Positions 1 to 6,522 are shown, counted from the stretch's first letter. The stretch is 36,892 bases of DNA from a virus (IMGVR_UViG_3300036783_000128:1-36892), one strand, 5' to 3'. Notes: generated by a model not told the origin, from the letters alone. Translations and numbers: made by a program.

Positions 1-41
1 ACTAAGAGAAATTCATCAATTACAACTGGAGGGGAAATGGG

Positions 42-329
42 ATGCCAAGACTTGGAACGGATTTGGAAAAGGAGAATTACACAATAGCGGCACAACAAAG
101 GAAATACATGAAGAACTCGCGTCGTAACATGTATATTGCTTTAGAAGAACTGGACCTGGTGTTTGATGAAAGCGAAGTGATTCGATTGCAAGAAATGTGG
201 AAAGAGAACAAAAACATCATTGAAATAGCAGTAGAGCTAGGAAGACACCAATTAGAAATCGCAGCATTAATAATGGATCAAGCGGATAAGAACGAGATTA
301 AATCCCGTCCGATGGGGTTAGGTGCATGA
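42..329 (+). CDS. Conserved phage protein, probable HTH DNA-binding
   Basis: 95 aa; GGAGG RBS; HTH-like NIIEIAVELGRHQLEI. Confidence 0.65.
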   Translation: MPRLGTDLEKENYTIAAQQRKYMKNSRRNMYIALEELDLVFDESEVIRLQEMWKENKNIIEIAVELGRHQLEIAALIMDQADKNEIKSRPMGLGA

Positions 330-595
330 AGCAACTGACACTGGATGATGTTGTAGGAAGTTTCGACTACTCGGCTACAAGTACATCGGAGCAATTCTTA
401 GCGAAGACACCCGTCATAACGACATACGCTGTGGAATTCTATGACAAGGAAGAAAAGCAACGTATTGATTGGTTCGATATTAAGACTGAGAGCGAAGCCT
501 GGAGCGCGGCAGTGAAAGAACATGGTAAAGGTATTCAGAAGATTGGGATAATTCGTTCTGAACGTACGAGAGATGAAATCATGGCATTGGATTAG
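326..595 (+). CDS. Hypothetical phage protein
   Basis: 89 aa; ATGA overlap with the upstream gene. Confidence 0.7.
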   Translation: MKQLTLDDVVGSFDYSATSTSEQFLAKTPVITTYAVEFYDKEEKQRIDWFDIKTESEAWSAAVKEHGKGIQKIGIIRSERTRDEIMALD

Positions 596-607
596 GAGGG
601 AGAAGGA

Positions 608-904
608 ATGGCTTTAGATCGTTGGTTAACTGATGAGGAACGTGCAAGGGCAGCGGCTAATGGAATATGTAGAAAAACGCTTTACTATCGTGTTTATAGA
701 TCAGATAAATGGGATTTAGAGGAAGCACTAACAGCTCCACCAGGTACAGTTAGACATAGTTACGAAGGAAAACACCATAAATGGCTTCGGTTAGCTAGAA
801 AGAATGGGATAAATCCAAATACGTTTCGCGACAGGGTAAAACGTAGGTGGAATCATTACGACGCGGCTACAAAACCAGCGAGAAAAAAGAAGGTGACAGG
901 ATAA
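608..904 (+). CDS. Phage repeat protein (AxxNGIxxxTxxxRxxxxW..A.T.P units; PVL ORF50-like)
   Basis: Two internal repeats; AGGAGG RBS. Confidence 0.65.
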   Translation: MALDRWLTDEERARAAANGICRKTLYYRVYRSDKWDLEEALTAPPGTVRHSYEGKHHKWLRLARKNGINPNTFRDRVKRRWNHYDAATKPARKKKVTG

Positions 905-1359
905 TGAAATACAAACCAGTACCAACAGACAAAGACTATGAAATTGCAGCGCATAACGGTATATCGAAGAATAATGTAGACCAACGTGTCAATAAATTGA
1001 ATTGGTCGATTGAGGATGCGATTACAAAACCTATATTTGTTTCATTACGAAAGAAATATAAGGAATTCGTGGAGATGGCGGAACAAAACGGGATTTCATA
1101 TCTAAACTTTAGAAAACGTGTAGTTGTTCACAAATGGAGTCCAGAAGAAGCAGCGATGACACCAATCCTTACTCATGAAGAAGTTGTAGAAAGGAATAAC
1201 TCTAAAAAACGTATTATTCCTAAAGAAATCTATGCAAAATCTAGAAAAAACGGAATTTTAGACAGTACTTTGCAAACAAGAATACTCGTAATGAAGTGGG
1301 ATATGAATGTAGCGGCTACGAGGCCAGTTAGGAAGAGAAAGAAGAAGCAAATCAGCTAG
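904..1359 (+). CDS. Paralogous phage repeat protein (three NGI...R...W...A.T.P units)
   Basis: Start moved to ATG 904 (TAATG overlap); same motif as 608..904. Confidence 0.65.
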   Translation: MKYKPVPTDKDYEIAAHNGISKNNVDQRVNKLNWSIEDAITKPIFVSLRKKYKEFVEMAEQNGISYLNFRKRVVVHKWSPEEAAMTPILTHEEVVERNNSKKRIIPKEIYAKSRKNGILDSTLQTRILVMKWDMNVAATRPVRKRKKKQIS

Positions 1360-1367
1360 GAGGCAAG

Positions 1368-1502
1368 ATGGATAGGAAACAAATATACATCGACATCTTA
1401 TTACATAAAGGGATTTATAAGGAAGAAGATACTGGACGTCAGCTTTATGAAATGGATGAAAAAGAGTTATTCGAATTGATAAAAGGAGCGGATAGGAAAT
1501 GA
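1368..1502 (+). CDS. Small protein resembling the Fur-regulated basic protein FbpA family
   Basis: Manual translation MDRKQIYIDILLHKGIYKEEDTGRQLYEMDEKELFELIKGADRK; AGGAGG RBS; GIYK...RQLYE motif. Confidence 0.6.
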   Translation: MDRKQIYIDILLHKGIYKEEDTGRQLYEMDEKELFELIKGADRK

Positions 1503-1831
1503 ATTTCAAAGAATATCAAACAGCAGTTACAAGAACATTTGCAGCAGGAAGAACGTATGAACAAAACGCTACAAACTATGCTATGGGATTATGTGGCGAA
1601 GCTGGCGAAGTTACGGACCATATCAAGAAGGCGGTATATCATGGCCACAATTTAAATGAAGACGAGGTTGAGAAGGAATTAGGTGATGTACTTTGGTACT
1701 TGGCAGCATTAGCAGAAACTCACCATCTTGATTTAAACGAGATCGCAGAGAAGAACATTTATAAGTTAATGAAGCGATTCCCGAACGGATTTAGTGAGGA
1801 AGACAGTAAAAAACGTGTGGATATGAAGTAA
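1499..1831 (+). CDS. MazG-like nucleoside triphosphate pyrophosphohydrolase
   Basis: GLCGEAGEV...KK and EKELGDVLWY motifs. Confidence 0.9.
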   Translation: MNFKEYQTAVTRTFAAGRTYEQNATNYAMGLCGEAGEVTDHIKKAVYHGHNLNEDEVEKELGDVLWYLAALAETHHLDLNEIAEKNIYKLMKRFPNGFSEEDSKKRVDMK

Positions 1832-1856
1832 GACTTATAGAAAAGTAGGTGAAAAA

Positions 1857-1970
1857 ATGTTACGTAGTATCGGTTGGGCAGTATTAGGAACATGGGGTTG
1901 GCAATTAGTAAAAATGTGGTCCATCCCCTTTATTGTTGGATTATTTGTAGGTTGGTTTATATGGGCGTGA
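1857..1970 (+). CDS. 37-aa Trp-rich membrane peptide
   Basis: MLRSIGWAVLGTWGWQLVKMWSIPFIVGLFVGWFIWA; AGGTGA RBS. Confidence 0.55.
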   Translation: MLRSIGWAVLGTWGWQLVKMWSIPFIVGLFVGWFIWA

Positions 1971-1995
1971 TTTATTATAAAAGCGTTATTTGAAT

Positions 1996-2130
1996 GGAAA
2001 ATGGCAGGTAATTGACTAAGTTACCTGCCATGATCCTAAACAGTCCGGAGGAGTGAGCCCCGTTTCAAAAGAGTACCGCCGGTGGGAAGTCGGCTTACGT
2101 GTAGTATGTGTAATGCAAAAAAGAATATTC
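1996..2130 (-). ncRNA. Candidate SigG-type sRNA A (~100 nt) with its promoter
   Basis: GAATA-17-CATACTA (2130-2102); C-rich loop and CUCACUCCUCC; terminator with 11-bp stem at 2001-2031. Confidence 0.55.
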
Positions 2131-2149
2131 GTAAAGGGGAATGAGAAAT

Positions 2150-2311
2150 ATGAAAGATGTGAAAATCGAATACAACGAAAATAAAGCTAGAATTACTGTA
2201 GATGGTAAGGAAATTGCATTTGCTACTAATACGATCACAAAGAAAGTAGCAGAGCATTTATTAATAAATTTAGATCAAGCTGGAGCTATTAATCTAATCA
2301 TTGAAAACTAA
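2150..2311 (+). CDS. 53-aa hypothetical protein
   Basis: MKDVKIEYNENKARITVDGKEIAF...; AAGGGGA RBS; stop codon abuts the repeat. Confidence 0.65.
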   Translation: MKDVKIEYNENKARITVDGKEIAFATNTITKKVAEHLLINLDQAGAINLIIEN

Positions 2312-2325
2312 ACAAAATCCTTATT

Positions 2326-2440
2326 TGAAAACAAGAAGCCCTAGAGTTAGGGCTCTAGGACTTCTTGTTTTGGTATTCTCACATGGTTTTTCAAAAAGAA
2401 TAGAACATATTGAAGATAACATGTGAATGTTTCATAAATG
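2326..2440 (-). ncRNA. Candidate sRNA B / terminator cassette
   Basis: Long hairpin 2328-2371 whose A.C mismatch becomes G.U on the minus strand; promoter unclear (TGnTATCTT only). Confidence 0.35.
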
Positions 2441-2465
2441 TATCAAAAAAGTGAACAAAATTGCT

Positions 2466-2732
2466 ATTGCAGAAGAAGCAGAAATGAAGTTACTAATACG
2501 TAAGTACGTGAAAGGTATTATTTTCAGTGGATAAAATGCGCATGGGACACCTAATCATTATTTTATCGGAGGAAAAGAATATGTTATGAACTTGGTTGAA
2601 TGAAAAAATGAAAATTTTACTTTAAGCGAAGTTAATGAAATATATTTGGGGGGTTATATCAATGATTGTTATCTCGATGGACACTTTAACTTTATAAAAG
2701 TCCTAGAAGAAAAACACAACTATGAGGAATAG
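2466..2732 (+). pseudogene. Decayed ORF between two repeat copies
   Basis: One frame IAEEAEMKLL...HNYEE with two internal stops; no start or RBS. Confidence 0.45.
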
Positions 2733-2766
2733 TAAGCTATAAAAGTGAACAAAATCATTATTTGAA

Positions 2767-2880
2767 TGAAAAGACAACAAACGGAGGGGTTTGCTGTCTT
2801 GATAAAAAGGAATGGCACTAAGTATATATTACAGAGGTAACTGGTTAGTAAAAGTATATGCATTATATATATAAATATCA
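2767..2880 (-). ncRNA. Candidate SigE-type sRNA C (~80 nt) with its promoter
   Basis: TGATATT-13-CATATACT (2880-2853); terminator 2771-2800 with loop CCCUCC and a minus-strand G.U pair. Confidence 0.55.
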
Positions 2881-2927
2881 CCAAACCAAGGTGAGGATTA
2901 TTAAACAAAAACGCTATTTTAATCTCA

Positions 2928-3031
2928 AACAAAAGAGCAGCTAGCAAAAGCTAACTGCACGGTTCTCCAAGGGGGAACAAGGAGAAAATCTAATGTCATA
3001 TACAGTATTAACGGAATATTGAGTTTTATTC
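2928..3031 (-). ncRNA. Candidate SigG/SigF-type sRNA D (~70 nt) with its promoter
   Basis: GAATA-17-AATACTG (3031-3003); hairpin UUCUCC-UUGUUCCCCCUU-GGAGAA; terminator 2931-2960. Confidence 0.5.
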
Positions 3032-3054
3032 AGGGGATTTACTAATTATGTAGG

Positions 3055-3219
3055 TTACATGAGAAGCCCTATTAACATCCAGGCTGCCCCGATTAGAATT
3101 AAAGTTTCAAATGTAATCCAAAATTTTCTTTTTTCTGGTTTTTGAAATTCTTTAATTACAGAGAATACGGCACTGATTCCTACAAGAGTGAAAAGAACAA
3201 TTCGGATTGTATCAGTCAT
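3055..3219 (-). CDS. 54-aa membrane protein with two TM segments (moron)
   Basis: MTDTIRIVLFTLVGISAVFSVIKEFQKPEKRKFWITFETLILIGAAWMLIGLLM; AGGTGG RBS. Confidence 0.65.
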   Translation of the reverse strand: MTDTIRIVLFTLVGISAVFSVIKEFQKPEKRKFWITFETLILIGAAWMLIGLLM

Positions 3220-3321
3220 GTGTATCACCACCTAAGATTTGAATAGTTTAATTATATATTAATTACCATTTTGTAGAAACCTAATAAAATAATCCTTTGA
3301 ATAGAAAGTGAGGTTAAGAGA

Positions 3322-3498
3322 ATGGAAGGTAATGTAAAGCTATTAGGTGCAGACGGAATGTGTGGAATGGAGTTTAAAAGGAATAAGGTCAATGTTTATA
3401 ACGATGAAGGATATGTAATGGAAAGCATGACAACAAGGGAACATGTTCAGGAAGTTATTGATTTTCTTGAAGAGTGTAAGAAAGAAATGGAGGAATAA
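3322..3498 (+). CDS. 58-aa hypothetical phage protein
   Basis: MEGNVKLLGADGMCGMEF...EECKKEMEE; GAGGT RBS. Confidence 0.7.
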   Translation: MEGNVKLLGADGMCGMEFKRNKVNVYNDEGYVMESMTTREHVQEVIDFLEECKKEMEE

Positions 3499-3500
3499 AA

Positions 3501-4133
3501 ATGGGACAAGGTAACCGCGGAATGGCTTTTGAAAAGCTTATCAATCTATCGAATGAAGTGTATCAAAGAGGGGGTGTGGCGCTTATAAACAAGCGTCCAA
3601 CTCCTGTGAAGGTGTTAAAAAGTAAAGGTGGCCGTGTATTAAATGGATTCTATGAAGCTAAAAGTACAGTAGACTATGATGGCGTTTATAAAGGACGAGC
3701 TATTGCGTTTGAAGCGAAAACTACAGAGAATACAACACGATTTGATTTAAGTAAAATTGCACAGCATCAGCTGGATTACCTGGAGAAAGCAGAGAAGATG
3801 GGAGCAATTTGTTTCTTCCTTATTGAATTTAGCAAGGACAAGTCAGTATTTCTGGTACCACTATCAGTCATTCAAGCTTATGTAAGGATGTCGCAGCAGC
3901 CAAAAGGTAAGAAGTCGATACGAAGAGCAGACTTTGATATTTATGGATACCTGGTAGATCAGACGGAACGAGCACCAGTTGATTACTTACAATACATCGA
4001 TGAATCAGGATTGATTCCAGGGGTGTTAGATGGAATGATTCAGTTAGATCAGGACCATGCAAGGATTGCTAGTAATATAGAAGCAGCGAAAGAGAAAATG
4101 AACAACAAGAAACGAACGTTATTAAATGCTTAA
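3501..4133 (+). CDS. recU: Holliday junction resolvase RecU
   Basis: NRGMAFE, KRPTP, STVDYDGVYKG, FEAKTT and HQ motifs. Confidence 0.92.
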   Translation: MGQGNRGMAFEKLINLSNEVYQRGGVALINKRPTPVKVLKSKGGRVLNGFYEAKSTVDYDGVYKGRAIAFEAKTTENTTRFDLSKIAQHQLDYLEKAEKMGAICFFLIEFSKDKSVFLVPLSVIQAYVRMSQQPKGKKSIRRADFDIYGYLVDQTERAPVDYLQYIDESGLIPGVLDGMIQLDQDHARIASNIEAAKEKMNNKKRTLLNA

Positions 4134-4271
4134 TGGATAACGGAACAACGCGCAATAGTGTGGTGGGGGCTATGTTAATGCGTGATGTTCCCTTATTCAA
4201 CAATGAGATATTAAAATTTCACGTACCTTATGTGATGTTAAAAACATAAATTCGAAATAGGGGGATTTACC

Positions 4272-4727
4272 ATGACAAACATTTATCAAAACTTAGGAGA
4301 AGAAATTGAATTAATGGAGATTGAATTAAAGGACCTGAAGTTAGAACATAAATACCTGATTAAAAATATGCATATGAATGCGCCTAAGTTTAATGGAGTA
4401 ACAGACTACAGCAAGGACCGTGTAACAGGAGGACAAATTCCATTGGCTTTAGATGAAATTGCAGGTCGTCATGATCGTATTATAGAGAAGTCAGAACGAT
4501 TAAAACAACGTATTACTGATAAGAAGGTACTAATGGGGGAAGCACAGTTTGTTATGAGTAAAAAGAAAGGTTTGGAACAACAAATTATATATTTACGTGA
4601 TGTAATGGGATTCAATTTAAAACAGGTTGCTAGTGAGCTAGGTTATAGCTATGACCATATTAGAAGAGTAAGCAGCAGAATGAAAAGAAGCCACAATCAT
4701 GCCACAACGATGACACACTGTTCTTGA
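4272..4727 (+). CDS. ArpU/RinA-type late-gene transcriptional activator
   Basis: C-terminal sigma-region-4-like HTH (LKQVASELGYSYDHIRR); last gene before the packaging module. Confidence 0.7.
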   Translation: MTNIYQNLGEEIELMEIELKDLKLEHKYLIKNMHMNAPKFNGVTDYSKDRVTGGQIPLALDEIAGRHDRIIEKSERLKQRITDKKVLMGEAQFVMSKKKGLEQQIIYLRDVMGFNLKQVASELGYSYDHIRRVSSRMKRSHNHATTMTHCS

Positions 4728-4744
4728 TATTTAGGTGATACACT
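4690..4744 (+). promoter_or_regulatory. Probable late promoter with activator-binding repeats
   Basis: GCCACAA/GCCACAA/GACACAC at 11-bp period (4690, 4701, 4712), then TGnTACACT -10. Confidence 0.55.
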
Positions 4745-4750
4745 ATTATT

Positions 4751-5222
4751 ACTGAGAGGTAGCGGAAACTACTTTTAAGTTCTTGATTTCGAGATGGATT
4801 GTTTTACAAATGTGGTGATGGTTCGTTCGATTGGATGAACTGTATCGTTCTAAAAAATATAGGTCTAAACGAGCAGAGAGCTTCCGCTCTTTGTTTGAGC
4901 CAATACAGCTGAACATTCCCCTCAGTCTTGTGTATTGGTTCAAACAAGGGGGACGGAATAAACATATTCCCTCTGGATATAATCACGTTGCGTAAACGAA
5001 ATTGGCGAAAATGACATTAAGTAGCCGACTCCACGGAGTATAAACGGGAAGATTCTTAGTCTTCTCCCAGTCACTGACACAGGGCGTGTAGCCATACTAT
5101 TGATGCGGTGGCTGGGAGAAGGTTGAGAGTAATCAGCCTTGAAATGAAGAGATACTTATTGCCATTTGTTATCTCTCTTCCCCTTTAGGAGCTGTCACCT
5201 TTCGGTGATGGCTTTTTGTTTT
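4751..5222 (+). ncRNA. Highly structured late-leader RNA candidate
   Basis: Seven or more hairpins with plus-strand G.U pairs; ends in a terminator. Confidence 0.5.
5190..5222 (+). terminator. Intrinsic terminator
   Basis: AGCTGTCACC-TTTC-GGTGATGGCT plus T tract. Confidence 0.75.
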
Positions 5223-5249
5223 GTAGGATATTCTTCTTTTCTGTCGAAT
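5223..5249 (+). promoter_or_regulatory. SigH-type promoter
   Basis: GTAGGATAT-11-GTCGAAT matches RNAGGAWWW-N11-RNNGAAT. Confidence 0.65.
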
Positions 5250-5280
5250 AGATAGATTGGGAGAGGCGGGGAATAAGTAA

Positions 5281-5478
5281 ATGAAAAAATTTATAATAAG
5301 CATAGAAGCAGTCGATGGTAAACAACACGAATTTGAAATTGAGCATAAAAAGACAGTAACAGTTGCTGCTATAGAAAATTCTATACAAGCAAGAGAAGCT
5401 AGATTCTTCAGATTTGGAGATCGTATGGTTAATTTGGACAATGTATTCTCGTTGGTGGTAAAAGAGAAGAAGGATTAA
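5281..5478 (+). CDS. 65-aa hypothetical moron protein
   Basis: Own SigH-like promoter; terminator at 5484-5515. Confidence 0.7.
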   Translation: MKKFIISIEAVDGKQHEFEIEHKKTVTVAAIENSIQAREARFFRFGDRMVNLDNVFSLVVKEKKD

Positions 5479-5542
5479 ATACAAAAAAAGCATCCATAAC
5501 GGGTGCTTTTTTCTTTGTTATATAGAAATTACACATTAAACC

Positions 5543-5642
5543 AGTAAAACTTTGAATGAGACAAGCATATACTAATAACTGAACACGACGTATTCATTCT
5601 TTATAATCGTATCGGACGAGCACCTTATAGGGCTCTTTTTTT
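5543..5642 (+). ncRNA. Candidate SigE/SigK-type sRNA E
   Basis: -10 CATATACT at 5566; terminator 5618-5642; no ORF. Confidence 0.4.
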
Positions 5643-5645
5643 ATT

Positions 5646-5742
5646 GCACATAAGGAATTCCCAAACATACAATATCGAGTCAATGCCAACCAACTTATTC
5701 CTTTTCCGAGAGCTATATATATTCCGCTATAAAGCTCTTTTA
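5646..5742 (+). ncRNA. Candidate SigK-type sRNA F
   Basis: GCACA...CATACAAT (AC-16-CATA); pyrimidine tract CUUAUUCCUUUUCC; terminator 5708-5742. Confidence 0.45.
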
Positions 5743-5797
5743 TGTTACGCCATTAGAACGGTCAGGGCATTGTCGTATATTTAATACTCAGAAGCTT

Positions 5798-5823
5798 AGG
5801 GCACTTTATAGTGTTCTTTTTTT
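5798..5823 (+). terminator. Intrinsic terminator of a third mini-unit
   Basis: AGGGCACT-TTAT-AGTGTTCT plus T tract. Confidence 0.65.
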
Positions 5824-5858
5824 ATTGAACAAAATGGACATTAAATGAGGTTTATAAC

Positions 5859-5957
5859 ATGTATATCGGATTGACTGTTTTAGGCGCTGCCGTGATCGGT
5901 TTAGCGTCTTATTTGTTGTTAAGGAAAGATAAGGGGGAAATAAAGAAAGAGAGCTAA
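5859..5957 (+). CDS. 32-aa single-TM peptide with basic tail
   Basis: MYIGLTVLGAAVIGLASYLLLRKDKGEIKKES; GAGG RBS. Confidence 0.5.
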   Translation: MYIGLTVLGAAVIGLASYLLLRKDKGEIKKES

Positions 5958-5984
5958 TGCCCTCTTTTTCTTTTGATAGGGTAA

Positions 5985-6122
5985 TTAATCACAGATTGGT
6001 ATTCCAAGCACTCTTAGAGCTAATGCTACTTGAAGAGAAATCTCTAATCTAGCAATTTCGATACCAGCTACTGAAAGAACTAAAAAAGGTTGTCCATTTA
6101 CAAACAAAACGCAACTATCCAT
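5985..6122 (-). CDS. 45-aa small protein, DUF3956-like
   Basis: MDSCVLFVNGQPFLVLSVAGIEIARLEISLQVALALRVLGIPICD; AAAGGAGG RBS; SigK-like promoter AC-16-CATATACT (6178-6153). Confidence 0.7.
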   Translation of the reverse strand: MDSCVLFVNGQPFLVLSVAGIEIARLEISLQVALALRVLGIPICD

Positions 6123-6409
6123 GGTTACGCCTCCTTTCTAGTAATCTACTACAGTATATGAATCAAATGATAATATGTAATAGTTAAATCATTGGATTTA
6201 ATAGAGTTAATAGATTAACCCATTTAAACAAAACAAATGAACACAACGAACGGAAATAGAGATAGTTAACAAAGTGAAGTTTATGCAGGAAATAACGGTG
6301 ATTAGGTGCTGAAAATGGTGTTTTAAAGCCAATGTATAAAAGATATTGTAAACGGAAGTTCTCGAAAGTGCGACAAACGTTGATATGAAGGCATATTTCC
6401 CGAAAAACT

Positions 6410-6437
6410 TGTTTACATAAGATACATTATATCTAGT
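6410..6437 (-). other. dif-like Xer recombination site
   Basis: ACTAGATATAA-TGTATC-TTATGTAAACA versus B. subtilis dif ACTTCCTAGAA-TATATA-TTATGTAAACT. Confidence 0.65.
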
Positions 6438-6522
6438 AAACTAGTATATTCATTCATTTCCCATGCATATAACAAAATTCCTAACAGTTTTTTTCAAAAT
6501 AAGATTCTTTTGAGGTGATTTC

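Larger units (their letters stand above)
1977..3302 (+). repeat. Dispersed 19-bp direct repeat (consensus AYAAAAnnnyTATTTGAAT) bounding cassettes
   Basis: Copies at 1977, 2312, 2455, 2749, 2905 and 3284. Confidence 0.7.

Noticed and set aside
2609-2627. Seventh copy of the 19-bp motif (TGAAAATTTTACTTTAAGC)
   Set aside because: Too degenerate, and it lies inside the pseudogene frame rather than at a boundary.
1977-3302. CRISPR array
   Set aside because: The repeats are degenerate, spacing is 140-380 bp and irregular, and there are no cas genes.
4751-5222. tRNA genes in the structured region
   Set aside because: No cloverleaf with correctly placed D and T arms was seen; tRNAscan/ARAGORN would confirm.
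2036-5493. Minus-strand ORFs 2036-2257, 2720-2947, 3868-4062, 4749-4986 and 5169-5493
   Set aside because: No RBS, atypical composition, and they overlap better-supported genes or RNA structures.
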